Assembly: GCF_006345805.1 (NCBI RefSeq)
Contig: NC_043012.1
Coordinates: 4,712,001-4,776,000, forward strand
Length of the DNA stretch: 64,000 bases
DNA from: Octopus sinensis
Taxonomy: Eukaryota
Reading direction: 5' to 3'
The position numbers were made by a program, and so were the translations under genes. A model generated the notes under the pieces. It was not told where the DNA came from. It was given only the letters and a program-made list of their open reading frames with translations, and did not search any database. Below are positions 1 through 14,100 of the stretch, piece by piece; the stretch's first letter is position 1, and each line of letters starts with the position of its first letter.

Positions 1-279
1 TGTTCAATAATAGTGTATACATACATATACATATATAATTCCTAGATCGGGTGGTGCGTTGTGTTCTTGAGCAAACCACTTCATTACACGCGGCTCTGCG
101 ATCACTTCGGCACCTGAAGTATGGTACACGGTGCATCGGTCCAGACAAAACTAATGCTGATGTGTTTACATCAGCAAGTTCTGGGGTCGATACATTCAAC
201 TAAAAACTCGTCAAGGCCGTGCTCCAGCATGTCCGCAGTCTAATGACTGAAACCGATGGAACAAAAAATACAAGAATAT

Positions 280-480
280 ATATATGTATATATATGTATA
301 TATATGTATATTTATGTATATATATATATATATATATAATATCTATATATATATATTATATAATATATATATATATATAATATGTATATATATATGTATA
401 CATATATATATATGTAACATATATATATATATATATATTATATATATTATACATACATACATACATACATACTACATACA

Positions 481-513
<33 letters not shown>

Positions 514-572
514 TTATACATATATACATATATATATACATACTACATACTACATACATACATCACATATAT

Positions 573-625
<53 letters not shown>

Positions 626-680
626 TTCTACTCGTGTGGAATAAAATCTTAGTTATATATATATATATATATATATGTAG
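280..680. repeat. (TA)n/(TACA)n compound microsatellite
   Basis: Directly visible di- and tetranucleotide repeats; accounts for the YI/HTYI ORFs. Confidence 0.95.
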
Positions 681-1151
681 GTCCCGGGTTGATTCGGGGT
701 TAACCACAGTAAATAAGGTACTCAATACATAGCAGAGTAAAATTAATTTATATATTTTAGATATAAAAACAAACATTAATGTGTCTTATATATATATATA
801 TATATACATATATACATATATACATATATATACATATATATACATATATATACATATATATACATATATATACAAGTATGTGCACATATCCACCTATATA
901 TGCATGCATGCATACATACATACAGACACACAGACAGACAGACAGCCTTACGTAGATAAGTAAACAGGCACAAATAAAAAGGTGACAAAAAGGTAAGAAG
1001 ATAGATCGATCGCTAAATCGATCGATAGACAGACAGACAGACAGATAGATTGCTTCACAGAGGGTGGGAAAATAAGTGAAGCTTTCAGTGTGATGAGAAA
1101 ACAATATTCAAGCAAAGAAAACGAAATAATACAAAGGATAATTAAACGAAG

Positions 1152-1240
<89 letters not shown>
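1152..1240. repeat. (CTAT)n microsatellite
   Basis: Perfect tetranucleotide run. Confidence 0.95.
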
Positions 1241-1874
1241 TGATCGTCTTCTTTTCCTCTTCCCCTTTTTTTCCTCTTTTCTTCTTTTTTCATTTTTCTT
1301 TTCCTTTGTTCCTTTTCCCTTTTTTCCTTTTTTGTTTTCCTTTTTTTGTTCTTTTTTCCCTTTTACGGTCCCTTTTGATCGAAAACCTACGCAACCCTTT
1401 TTTTTTTTTTTCATCCCCCAAAAGAAAAGCTCTACCTTGTAACTTGTCCCATCTGTGTGCAGCCCTGTGTGGCCAATAAAGAAACTTATCTGTACTGTCT
1501 TTGATCCCTAGGAACCCTCAGGCTTGTTACCAGTTTCCGTGCCATAAAGGTACAAGTTTCAAGTCCAGTTTTAAAGTCAGTTTAAGGTCAGTTTAAGGCC
1601 AGTAACTTTTGAAGGGAGAAAACAAGTCGTGTATATCAACTACATTAACTCGACTGGTACTTTATTTTATGGACTCCGAGGGAATGAAAGGCAAATTTAA
1701 AACTCGGCGAGATTTGAACTAAGAACATAAAGTGCCAGAAGAAATACTGCTTAACATATTGTTCGACGCGCTAGCGATTGTGCCTACTCGCCTTACACAC
1801 ACACGCACAAAAAAAAAAAACGTACACACGCATATATATTTATACACACACACACATACACGCATACATATATA

Positions 1875-2091
1875 CAATAATCCCTCGCCATATCGCAGTT
1901 CACCTATCGCGGTTTATCATTTAAGCTTACATCAATTCCTCCATGGTGTTGGTTTGCATTTGTAATATAATAAATATATACAAATTATAAAAATAAAATA
2001 AAAATATACAGTGCATTACTGTTTCTACTTTACGGATTTTCACCTATCGTGTTTTGGAATGTACACACCCGCGATAGTCGAGGGATTACTG
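1875..2091. mobile_element. Tc1/mariner-pogo (Tigger-like) MITE
   Basis: TIRs CAATAATCCCTCG (1875) and CGAGGGATTACTG (2079-2091), each flanked by TA; subterminal CTATCGCG/CGCGATAG. Confidence 0.75.
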
Positions 2092-2095
2092 TATA

Positions 2096-2168
<73 letters not shown>

Positions 2169-2228
2169 TTATATTATATATATGTATGTATATTATTATG
2201 TATATATATATATGTATGTATAATATAT

Positions 2229-2270
<42 letters not shown>

Positions 2271-3743
2271 TTGTTATGGTAGATGAGTTCAGCAAAAATT
2301 TAGATTCAGATGAATATGGTACTTAAGTTGAGGCACCCAGATTTAGTGCGGTATTATCCATACAATTTCAAAGAAAGTTGATTAAAATCAAAATGTATGT
2401 ATATATGTATGTTATGTATGCATGTATGTATGTATGCAAGTATGTATGTATATATATATGTATATCCATATATATATATATATATACTACAATGCATAAT
2501 TTACTTCTCTGTCTCTCTTACACTCAAAAATACGAATTGACGAAATAACACAACCATTTTCGAAATATAATGCTATTGCTTCCCTTTAGCGACCATCACT
2601 ACCAAGAGAACTTTGATCATAGGTAGGCCACAGAATATCAGATAATTTCAATTAAAGACGTATCTGGTATACGATTTGTTCGCCAATATAAAAGATTATA
2701 TAAAAGCATACGTCAACTCAGGTCGGTCATTAATTTCAATGCATGCGACTTAACTTGAAAAATGATGAAATATGTTTATGCATTTAAGAAAATTTATTGG
2801 TTTACATCTGTTTTTATAAACGTTTTGTTCATATTTTCATATGTATTTTATTTAATTTACCATTTCAGGATAGGTTTATTAGTTTTTAAGTGTTTTTTAA
2901 AAAAATTTTATGCATTTTAATATGTTCGCCGAAATCGTCGTAAGATCGGATAAATTGACTGAAATTGCGGTTGATTTATCCATTAATTTCTTTTTTAAAA
3001 AATGCAACAAAAAAACGAACCCCGCCGCCCAAATCCACGACGTAAAGTCGAAAAAGACGTGTCTCGAACCGACGTATGTTGAAGTATGTCTGCTTTCTAC
3101 TTCATGTATTAAAGTTCTCTTTATCTCCGAGCAAATCTCATCTCCACCCCTCTCCCTCTGTCCTATTCCTTTCTCTGTCTCATCCATACATATAGATAAT
3201 TTAAGGACACACACGCACGCACGCACTTATTTACACATACATATTTATTATATCAATGTTCAGCCGAGAGTAACACTCATCAGAAGACCGCCAATTTGGT
3301 TGCAGTATCTACATATCGATCTACTCTGACCGGCGTGTTGGGTTCCATCCCAATTAATGTAATAATGGCTTCAATTAAATTGTATTTACGATGTTATACA
3401 ATTGTTACATATCAGTAAATGTGTGTGCGTGTGTATGTACGTATGCATGCATGTGTGTATGTTTGCATGTATCTATTATGTACGTACGTATATTTGTATG
3501 TATGCATGCATGTATGAATGTATGTATGTATGTATGTATGTATGTATGTATGCATGTATGTATGTATGTATGTATGCATGTATGTATGTATGTATGTATG
3601 TATGCATGCATGTATGTATGTATGTATGTATGTATGTATGTATGTATGTGTGTATGTATGTATACATATACATATATTACATATATCTACAAATATTTAT
3701 GAGTGCGTGTGTGTCTGTACAAGTATGCAGATATATACAAACG

Positions 3744-3779
<36 letters not shown>

Positions 3780-3786
3780 ATATTTC

Positions 3787-4105
3787 GGAGTGGCTGTGGT
3801 AAGTAGCTTGCTTACCAACCACATGGTCATGGGTTCAGTCCCACTGCGTGGAACCTTGTGAGTGGATTTATTAGACATATATATATATGTGTGTGTGTGT
3901 GTGTATGTTTGAGTCTCTATCCCCACCAACATCGCTTGGTAACCGATGCTGGTGTGTTTACGTCCCCCGTAACTTAGCGGTTCAACAAAAGAGACCGATA
4001 GAATAAGTACTAAGCTTTCAAAGAATAAGCTCTGTGGTCGATTTGCTCGACTAAAGGCGGTGCTCCAGCATGGCCGCAGTCAAATGACTGAAACAAGTAA
4101 AAGGA
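3787..4105 (+). mobile_element. tRNA-derived SINE family A (internally deleted copy)
   Basis: GGAGTGGCTGTGGTAAG...GGTTCAGTCCCACTGCGTGG head; GGCGGTGCTCCAGCATGGCCGCAGTCAAATGACTGAAACAAG tail shared by many copies in the window. Confidence 0.85.
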
Positions 4106-4139
4106 TATGTGTAAATATATATACATATATATAAATAGT

Positions 4140-4352
4140 AAAAAATTGAATACTAATTTGATTATCAATGAAATCTGGTATATGACTAATCATTATATTT
4201 CGTATCTTTTCATTTGTCTTGATCGCTTACGTTCGGGCGTTTAAATCCTTAAATCCTTAAAAATGTTTTAGCCCGAAGGCCGCGGCCATGCTGGTCAGAC
4301 CATATGGGGTCTACCTCTAGCATATGGATGTCCACCTAGTGGTTATCCCCTC
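4140..4352. mobile_element. Right half of the MITE family seen at 9319-9628
   Basis: TATCTTTTCATTTGTCTTG..GCTTACGTTC and GGTCAGACC..CTAGCATATGGATGTCCAC match 9490-9628. Confidence 0.65.
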
Positions 4353-4966
4353 ATATATATATATATATATATATTTATATAAATATATATATATTACATA
4401 TATATGTATTGGTATGTTTGGTGTGCATGTATGTGTGCAGGTATATATACGTGTAATTTGTATGTATATACTCACATAAACATACATGCATGCCTACACA
4501 CACACACACACACACACATGCATACACGTACATACACACATATATATACATACATGCATGTATATCGATGGTCAAATGGAGTTCTGTCAGGATTTCCGTC
4601 GAAGCGTTTTCGGTTGTCCAAGAACGAAACAAACTGAACTAGCATTAAGTGGTTGAGTATTCCACAGACATGTATACCTTTAATGTTATTCTCGAGTAGA
4701 ATCAGCGTAACGTAATAACAAGGCTCCATTAGTTGAAATGTATGGTACAATCCATTTGACGGGCTTCCGCGTAGTTTCCTCATATTCAACTTCTCTCAAT
4801 AAGGCAAAGGCCGATCCGAGGCTATAAAAAGTGACCCTTGTTCAAGGTGGTATGAAGTGGGGTCGAACCTCAGTTCTTGTAACTCCAAGCTGATTTCTTA
4901 ACATTTCGGCGCAGTATACATACATACATACATTCGCACACATGTATATCTATATTCAATTGTACA

Positions 4967-5018
<52 letters not shown>

Positions 5019-5729
5019 ATTATATATATATATATATATATAATATATATATGTGTATATAGATAAATAGATACACATAATGTGGTTTGTTTATATATAT
5101 CTATACATGCACGCACACACACGCGCACACACACACATACGCACACGCACGCACGCGTGCACACACACACACAAACACACACACACACACACATATATAT
5201 ATACACATACAGAGTCGTGCATTTACTCACACATTTACTTACACGTAGACATATTCAAATTCGCGAACCGGATGTAAAAGGCACAACATGATTAAGCGCA
5301 TGCAATAACTAAATACACACACACACACACACACACACCTCAGCACTGCCACCACCTCCATCACCACTATTACCATCACCATCATCATCATCATCATCAC
5401 ATTTAAATATAACGTCTGCCTTCTTCTACTAACCTGTCTGTTAGTAAATGTAAGACTATAATCGGCGAAAACATTCATTTTACTTAATAAGTAGCGAAGC
5501 AGCAGCTACTTTTGCTCCAAACTTTTATTCTTTTGTTTGAAATATTAAATTAAATTAAAATAAAATAGGGTAAAATAAATTAAAAAAAATTAAATTATGC
5601 TTACCTTGTTACTTTCCCAATTGAAAAATTGCTCTGAATGCACTTTGCTCAAAATGAATACAACAGAATTTGTTTTATTGTGTTCATTAAATTGTTACAC
5701 GAATTATTATAATTAACGTTAATTTCTTA

Positions 5730-6490
5730 GTATTATGATTGGCAGAATCGTTAGAGAGACGGTATTTAGTTACGGCCTTTTATGCTCCGAGTTCAAATCC
5801 CGCCGAAGCCGACCTTAGCTGTCATCCTTCCTGCGTCATTAAAATATAATAGCTGTTATGTATTGAGGGTGACATAATCGACTGAACTGACATCTGTCCT
5901 AAATATTCCAAGACTCTAAGGCTGCGAATTAGTAGAATCGTTAGCATGCCGGACGAAATGCTTAGCGACATTTCGTCCGTCTTTACGTTCTGCGTTCAAA
6001 TTCCACCGACATCGACTTTGCCTTTCATCCTTTCAGAGTCGATAAAATAAGTACCAGTCGAGTACAGGGGGTTGATGTAATCGTCTCTGCCACCTCTTCC
6101 GAAATTGTTGGCGTTGTGCTAAAATTTGAAACCATTGCTTAAAAAGACGGCGTCCGACTTTATGTTCTGAGTTCAAGGTCTCTGGAGTCGACTCTGCCTT
6201 TCGATAAAATAAGTACCAATTGAGCACTGGGGGGGGGGGCAATGTAATCGAATTACGTTATTCCCCCAAATTGCTGGCCTTGTGCTAAAATTTGAAACAT
6301 TTCCAAACAGTAAAAAAAATGCTTAGCGACATTTCTTTGCTTTTTACGTTCTGAATTAAGATGCCATCAAGGGTCGACATTGCCTTTCGTCCTTTCGGGT
6401 TTGATACAATAAGTACCAATACAGTTTTATCGACAAGCCTTCAATCCAACGTTTCAGGCCTCGTGCCTATAGTAGACAACATTATTTCTT
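5730..6490 (+). mobile_element. Cluster of about four degenerate SINE family B-related copies
   Basis: Repeated GGCAGAATCGTTAG / TTACGTTCTGAGTTCAAATTCC / GCCTTTCATCCTTTC..GTCGATAAAATAAGTACC motifs. Confidence 0.75.
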
Positions 6491-6680
6491 CGACGGCCAC
6501 CCCGACTCGACGCCTTCCTTTACGCAGAAAGGCGGGGGTGGTGGCATGCACGACAGTTAACCTTTATCTATGGTAAAAGAGTTTGAGTGCTACTTTAGTG
6601 TGCCGTTTACCGCTGTATTCATAGTGAAATGATTAGATCTGGGATAACAATGAGGTTAGGGCCAGAGTTAGACTATACCA

Positions 6681-6986
6681 CTGGCACTCCGTCGGCTACG
6701 ACGGTGAATATTCCATTAATCCGATCAACGGAACAGCCTGCACGTGGCTGAGCACCCCACAGCACTTTTACTCTTAAGGTGGTTAGCAGGTAGAGTCAAC
6801 GTGACATTGATTGTGATGAGGCTGGCTCTTTGAAATACAGGTACTAGTCATTTTTGCCAGCTCAGTAATCTGGAGCAATGTGAAATAAAGTGTCTTGTTC
6901 AAGAACTCAACACGCCGCCGGGAATTGAACTCACGACCTTACAATCGTGAGCCGAATGCCCTAACCACTAAGCCACGCGACTTCAC
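6681..6986 (-). mobile_element. tRNA-derived SINE family C
   Basis: Minus-strand A box (GGCTTAGTGGTTAGG) and B box (GAGTTCAATTCCC); 3' end GACGGAGTGCC shared with 26179-26500. Confidence 0.8.
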
Positions 6987-7189
6987 GTTAGACTGTACAG
7001 TAAAGATGAAAATAGCCAGGTAGACTACACCAGGGATTGCATAGTGGATATCACTGAAATGCAGGGAGACAGACACCTTCCGCTTCAGCCAAATTCCTCA
7101 TTTACCACTTTTAATCTCCACTTGGGGTGGAAGTTTAGGCGGAGAAGGCCGTATTACCTTCTAGTAAAATTGGTTAAAGTTTGGTGGCT

Positions 7190-7420
7190 GTGAGCAAGAA
7201 CAGCCTGACTGAATGTACGGGCTTTCGCTCAGCTTATATTCTGAAGACAAATATCCGTGAGAATAATTGTCTTCAAGTAATTAGATTTGCCTTGAATCCG
7301 TCCCGCTTTTAGGACGCCATTCCATACCTTCTGTATACTGCTGTTTACCATGTTTAATTTTGTCTTGCTCGTATCACTTCCGTGATATGAAAACTGATGT
7401 ACAATGCACACTGGGGTTCA
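7190..7420 (-). pseudogene. Possible highly decayed RTE-like LINE C-terminal remnant
   Basis: With frameshifts reads EWRPKSG..QGKSNYLKTIILTDICLQNIS*AKAR, loosely like the W.P..GRP..W..DR tail of RTE ORFs. Confidence 0.3.
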
Positions 7421-8605
7421 TAACATTACATATAGACCACAATACAGCCTTGTCAGGCAACCTCCTACGTCCTATGCAAGGTACTTTTACTTCAACCACA
7501 ATAGCCATCCGCTAAATAGCAACAAAAAGAACGACAACAACAGCAGCAACAACAACAACATCCTTCCGTTAGTCAAAGTTGATTATACGTCTACAAATGT
7601 CTATGCAAGCCTAGTCGGGGCAAGAGTTTATGAGGAAGTCTGGTAGTTCTTCATGTACACGGTTCTCCCGTCTCTCTAAAACCGTTGTTCATCCAAAAGA
7701 AAGACAACCGACTTGGACTGATAAAGCCTGACACCAATGGTGTCACAGGCGTTGATGTCAGAAAATAGAGAGCTGGATGGAACAGTTGCCACAAGACATC
7801 TCACGCGATCTTCTTACAGTTTTATGAATCCATTAACCTGGATGGGTAAATTTTTATTTGACCCCGAAATAGTAAAAAGCAACGTTGACTTTGGCGGGCT
7901 TTGAACTCAAAATGTATAGAGCAGGAACAAAGGCTGCGAGACTATCTTTCCAAAGTTCTAATGACTCTGACTATACGCCCCAACACGAGGTAAAAACATT
8001 CCTCACGTGGGAGTCATGTTCTACGAAACAAACATGCAAAACGCTGAAATTATCCTTATTATCACAAAACAAATCCAACATATAAAAAAAGCAAGACAGA
8101 ACGGATATAGGACATTAAGGAAATTCAACATTCTCCAGAGATTACAATGAGCTGCTCCCCTCAAGGACTCAGAGGTGCGTACTCTTAAAACTGTCGTAAG
8201 CATGATATATATATATATATATACATTATATATCTATCTATTTACACACATATACACACATGTATGAACATACACATATATAGATCTACATACCTACATA
8301 AAAATGAATAAATACACACACACATTCACAAACACATATGTCTATGTGTTTAGTTACTCGCTTGAGATATCTGAGACATTCAACCTTGCTCCCGTAAAAC
8401 ATGCTCACCTGATGATCGGCATAACGTGAAACTCAAATTTAGATTACATAAAGAGTATACTCCTTATTATATATATTGAGTGCTCTCTTGCTTTTTGGTT
8501 AATAGAGTGTGTCGTTTGCGCGTGTACATATATAAATATTCGTATATATACGTCATATTTATATTATATACAACTACATACATATATATTATATATGTAT
8601 ATATA

Positions 8606-8891
8606 GGCGAAGGCCTGGCTGTGTGATAAGAAGCTTGCTTCTCAACTTCATGGCTTTGGGTTCAGTCCCACTGCGTATCATCGGCAAGTGTCTTCTACGC
8701 TATCGTCGGGCCGACCAAAGCTTTGTGAGTGGATTTGGTCAACGGAAACTGGAAAGCCCGTCGATAGAACAAGTGCTAGGCTTACAAAAAATAAGTCATG
8801 CGGGGTCGACTTCTTCGACAAACACTATAAGGCTGTGCTCCAGCATGGCCCCAGTGAAAATGACTGAAACAAGTAAAAGAATAAGAGAATA
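8606..8891 (+). mobile_element. SINE family A
   Basis: Head and tail match other copies. Confidence 0.85.
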
Positions 8892-8902
8892 ATATATATA
8901 TG

Positions 8903-9272
8903 CTCTTTTACTTTTTTACTTGTTTCAATCATTTGATTACGGCCATGCTGGAGCACCACCTTTAGTCGAGCAAATCGATCCCAGGACATATTCTTTGTAA
9001 ACCTAGTCTATCGGTCTCTTTGCCGAACCGCTAGGTTACAGGAACGCAAACACACCACCATCGGTTGTCAAGCGATGTTGGGGAGGGGGGTGACAAATAC
9101 AGACACACAAACATATACACACATACATATCATATTTATATACATATATACGATGGGCTTCTTTCAGTTTCCGTCTACCAAATCCACTCACAAGGATTTG
9201 GTCGGCTCGAAGCTATAGTAGAAGACATATGGTTGGTAAGCGAGCTACGTACCACACAGCCACTCCTGCGCC
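8903..9272 (-). mobile_element. SINE family A
   Basis: Reverse-complement copy with internal CA/TA microsatellite; tail-to-tail with the previous copy. Confidence 0.85.
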
Positions 9273-9274
9273 TA

Positions 9275-9316
<42 letters not shown>

Positions 9317-9318
9317 AA

Positions 9319-9628
9319 GGGATTACCACTAAGTGGACATCCATTTTGCTGGATGTAGACCTCCTATGGTCTTACCACTAAGAAAGGATTGTTCTCAAGA
9401 AAATTTAGCAAACGCCAATGAGTTGCGGACATTTACGTTAGTAATTACGTAAGTGGTAACAACGAAACCGGGTTTGTGATTAATCTTCATATTTTGTATC
9501 TTTTCATTTGTCTTGCTGGCTTACGTTCTGGCGTTTGCTAAACCTTTTTTGAGAACAATCCTTTCTTAGTGGTCAGACCTAAGGGGGACTACTTCTAGCA
9601 TAATGGATGTCCACTTAGATGTCATCCC
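9319..9628. mobile_element. MITE with ~100-bp imperfect TIRs
   Basis: 9319-9420 (GGGATTACCACTAAGTGGACATCCATT...CCACTAAGAAAGGATTGTTCTCAA...TTAGCAAACGCCA) is the reverse complement of 9530-9628. Confidence 0.8.
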
Positions 9629-9746
9629 ACGTATATGTATGTAATATAATTTTTCTGAATCTTCAGATTTTTCAACATGCTAGACCACTGGTCTTAAATT
9701 GATATTAATCAAATTAATATTCAATTTTTCACCCTTATTATTTTAA

Positions 9747-9779
<33 letters not shown>

Positions 9780-9816
9780 CATACATACATACATACATAC
9801 ATACATACATACACAC

Positions 9817-9866
<50 letters not shown>

Positions 9867-9940
9867 CATATATTATATGTATATATATATATATCATATA
9901 TGAATGTGTGCCTGTGTGTATATACATGCATACATACATG

Positions 9941-9983
<43 letters not shown>

Positions 9984-10139
9984 CATTTATACTTACATAT
10001 ATGTATATGTGATGGATATATTATATACATGTTATATATATACATATATACACATAAATATACACATAAATACTCATACGTACATACATGTATGCATAAA
10101 TACATACATAGACGTATATCACAAAACGACACATATATC

Positions 10140-10202
<63 letters not shown>

Positions 10203-10241
10203 GTATGTTGTATGTTGTATGTATGTATGTATGTATGTATG

Positions 10242-10298
<57 letters not shown>

Positions 10299-10599
10299 CG
10301 CATTTATACTAAATACCTAAATAGACATGCAAACATACACGTGAATATATACATATGAGTAATCAGCCTCCAGAGTTTTTTCACCTTTTCGTAACCCATT
10401 TTTCTGCATTACACTCGAGACACGTGACCAAACTGATGCTTGGAGCGAAATTGTTTCCTGTCCCGCCTTTCATTTTTGTCTCACACTTCTTCCTTTCTTT
10501 CTTTCTTCGGTCCTCTCCAGTTTCGCCTCATTTATTTATCTATTTATCTATTTATTCTTTCTTTAACCTGTTCTGTTATCTATCATACATTGTTTTTTG

Positions 10600-10614
10600 G
10601 AGGTACAGACTATC

Positions 10615-10707
<93 letters not shown>

Positions 10708-10863
10708 GTCTGTCTGTCTGTGTCTGTCTGTCTGTCTGTCTGTCTTTCTGTCTGTACGTATGTATGTACGTATGTATGTATGTATGTATGTATTATGTAT
10801 GAATCTATCTATCTATCTATCTATCTATCTGTCTGTCTGTCTGTCAGTCAGTCAGTCCTGCCC

Positions 10864-10895
<32 letters not shown>

Positions 10896-10999
10896 ATCTA
10901 TCATCTATCCAGCTCTCTGCATATTACTCTCTCTCTCTCTATCTATCTATGAATATTTCAATCTCTCATCATAACATCATCATCGCCATCATCATCATT

Positions 11000-11030
<31 letters not shown>

Positions 11031-11170
11031 TCATCCTCATCACCCTCATCATCATCATCATCATCATCACCCTCATCATCATCATCATCATCATCATCAT
11101 CACTCTCGTTTTCGTGATCGTCATTATCATCACCATCATCATGACCATCACCATCTTTCTCACCTTCATC
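10600..11170. repeat. Compound (CTAT)n/(CTGT)n/(TATG)n/(CT)n/(CAT)n microsatellite block
   Basis: Directly visible; source of the 292-aa low-complexity ORF. Confidence 0.95.
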
Positions 11171-11520
11171 GTTATCCACAGAAACAGCCGTAACAACAAT
11201 ACAGACGGACGAAAATCGCCATTATCCACCTAACATATCGTCTGACCTCAAATATAATTAAAGTATAATGTGAAGAACAGGGCAGCATTAAACTTTTTTA
11301 TATTCAGTCGCCCTGTTTATGTTGTTGTTGTTAGTGGCTGTGGTGGTGGTGGTGGTGGTGGTGGTGATAACAGTGGGAGTTTGGGTGGTAGTGCTGATAT
11401 ATGTATATATATGTGTATGTATGTGTGCTTGCGTGTGTGTGTGTATGTGTGAGTATGTCTATATCTATACGTATATATATGTGAGTATATATATATTTAT
11501 GTATATATCTATATCAATCA

Positions 11521-11565
<45 letters not shown>

Positions 11566-11638
11566 CTATCTATCTATCTATCTCTATCTATCTATCTCTA
11601 TCTCTATCTATCATCTATCTATCTATCAATTCTATTCT

Positions 11639-11729
<91 letters not shown>

Positions 11730-11769
11730 TATATATACATGCATATACATACAAACATGCATACATTGT

Positions 11770-12105
11770 CAACCCCCTCAAATGAAAATTTTTTCCCTGA
11801 AGACGGAGGCTGGTATTATCCGATGATGGAATCAATTTACGATCATTATTTTGGACCACCAACCCTTCAGAAACAGCTGTTGGACTCGTAAAACTCTTAT
11901 TCAACCCCTTTAAATTCCTGATATGATTTCTATTCTGTGTAAGTCGGAACCTTAAAATGTAAACATATGTATATTTTTTTGTATTAAATGTATTTAATAT
12001 TTCTTGTATATCGACTTTCCTAAGTTGCTTATCCTTACATTTACTCCTCTACTTTTAAATCTCTTGAGCACTACGAACTGCATTCTATACGGAGAATATC
12101 TTATT
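11770..12105 (+). mobile_element. Penelope-like pseudo-LTR fragment (same family as 31048-32050)
   Basis: Aligns with 31048-31320 (minus) and 31861-32050 (plus); contains an HHR motif. Confidence 0.7.
11794..11884 (+). ncRNA. Type I hammerhead ribozyme motif
   Basis: TCC-CTGAAGA (11797-11803); stem II GGAGG/CCTTC with C.A at its base; GAAA (11870-11873); palindromic CAGCTG; GUU site; GGA closes stem I. Confidence 0.6.
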
Positions 12106-12109
12106 TCTT

Positions 12110-12270
12110 TATTGCCCACAAGGGGCTAAACATAGAGGGGACAAACAAGGACAGACAAAGAGATTAAGTCGATTATATCGACCCCAGTGTGTAACTGGTA
12201 CTTAATTTATCGACCCCGAAAGGATGAAAGGCAAAGTGGACCTCGGCGGAATTTGAACTCAGACGAAATA
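12110..12270 (-). mobile_element. SINE family B (5'-truncated)
   Basis: TATTTCTTTATTGCCCACAAGGGGCTAAAC...CGACCCCGAAAGGATGAAAGGCAAAGT. Confidence 0.85.
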
Positions 12271-12485
12271 CAGCTAAGCGCGTGTGTGTGCGCGTGGGTG
12301 TATACATATATATACATATATACATATATATATATATATACACACATACATGTATATATACATATATATATATCTACATATACAGTATATACATATATAT
12401 ATGTATGCATATACAGTATATACTTGTATATATATGTATTTACGCATATACATACATACATACATACATACATACAATACATACA

Positions 12486-12520
<35 letters not shown>

Positions 12521-12559
12521 TATAATAAAGGGTAAAAAAAAATATTAAATGATTTTACC

Positions 12560-14100
12560 TGGGTGTCGGCGCGGAAATAAGAGCCTTATAGGTAAATTTT
12601 GCAAATATTTTCATAATTATATACATAATTATAACAAGGGATTGACTATAAGCTTCTCCACGCGCTAGAAAAATAGACGCCTAAAGACGCTATTACCACA
12701 TGAAAAACTCTGAAAAATAAAACATGGCCCTCAATGGTGGCACGCTCAACAACTGGTTCAGGAGCATCCGGTTTTGCAAATGTATCTCGTCGGGGGATAA
12801 ATAAATACAACTCGTTAAAATGACTCTTCCGTTTTCTAGAGAGAAAAGTAATCAAATGGAGGAAATATCTTCATTTATATACAAGATCAAAAATAGAATC
12901 ACAGGTGGCAAAAAAAGAAACGAATACGCAATCCAGCGAGAAAAGTATTAAAAATAACCATTAACAGATATGGATGTATAAACGCCCTCGAGCGAGCTGC
13001 ATGGCGCGAGTGCACTCGCTCATACAAGCATCTTCAAATATGTGAGCATACGCATTCTCATGATCACAAAGTGAGTTAACTATTTACTTGGTGTTTATAG
13101 GAATGGGGAGGTTAAAAGTAAACTTAAGTCATCCATACCTTAAAGTAGATTAAATTAAGTTAACGGTTACTCAAAATTCATTCCCACTTCATTGTGCGAA
13201 GGTACATTTATATGCGTATAGGCATCTCGAGAGTCGTTCAGAAATTCTGTTAATGATCTTCTCGTTAGTCCACAGAATAGACAGGGATTCCTCGGAGCAG
13301 AGACGGCATCTCCTGCAAATTATATCATATGGTTCTGCGCGCTTTACTTTGGACCAGTTAATGTTGTACCTCATTTTATTCTTCTTCAGTCGCCATACAA
13401 AATCTGCCAAAGATGTTGAATGTCTCTTATTGATTGTCTTAAAGCTAGCAATATGGTTACGATAACGATTCTTAAATGAATCGGCCGTCTGCCCAATGTA
13501 AACATACGGCCCTCCCCTTGTGTGCACAGTACATTTATATGTAAGGTTTATACACATACAGAGATTCATCAAAGGGCATTTTAACTTTTCTCTGCATGAG
13601 CATTTATTGTATTTATTTGTATATAAGGCCGTCTCGACTCTATATACCGGAAGTGTTACCATGTTAGCTGTATCATAAATAGTTCTACTACTACAAATTG
13701 GTCGTAGTTGGTGTTTATCATTGTGGTTTACATCTCCTTGGTTGGTATTTAGATGCAAATGTTCGCTAGATCCAGTAAGTGAGATATTGAACCTTTGCCG
13801 CATTTTGCCAGTGTTTATTCGATTGTTGCTCAAAACGTACACACGTTTTACTGTAAATGTATCCTTTTTCTCTTGTAATCTGCACTTCCCACCTTATGCT
13901 CCAGGATTAGACACCTTTTCTTTCCGCTTTACCTCGTCTCTTCTCACCCACAGCCCCCTCCCCTTCAAGATAAAACAGTATTCGTCTATGTTTTCTAACC
14001 CTTCTTTTTCCTGTGCCCTTTCTCTCAGTGGTTATTTTGGGGAGCTGGAAGAGCGTTTATAGGGCGTGCACTGAGCGAAAGCATCTTTCTTGTTTTGGAT
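12560..14100 (-). mobile_element. Penelope-like retroelement, 3' portion
   Basis: Contains the GIY-YIG remnant at 13189-13842 plus the non-coding 3' region; boundaries approximate. Confidence 0.65.
13189..13842 (-). pseudogene. C-terminal GIY-YIG endonuclease of a Penelope-like element
   Basis: CSC..KLKCPLMNLC; LTY..x..YVYIGQTADSFKNRYRNH; TSLADFVWRLK; I.WS.V..AEPY...CRRCRLCSEE; IINRISE..SRC. This motif order is typical of invertebrate PLE EN domains. Confidence 0.85.

Noticed and set aside
2705-3078. Possible MITE bounded by CATACGTC/GACGTATG
   Set aside because: Only 8 bp of clear terminal match, no TSD and no second copy.
8409-8450. CTGATGA..GAAA-CTCAAATTT hammerhead-like motif
   Set aside because: Stem II has only 2 bp, and stems I and III cannot be closed without several assumed mutations.
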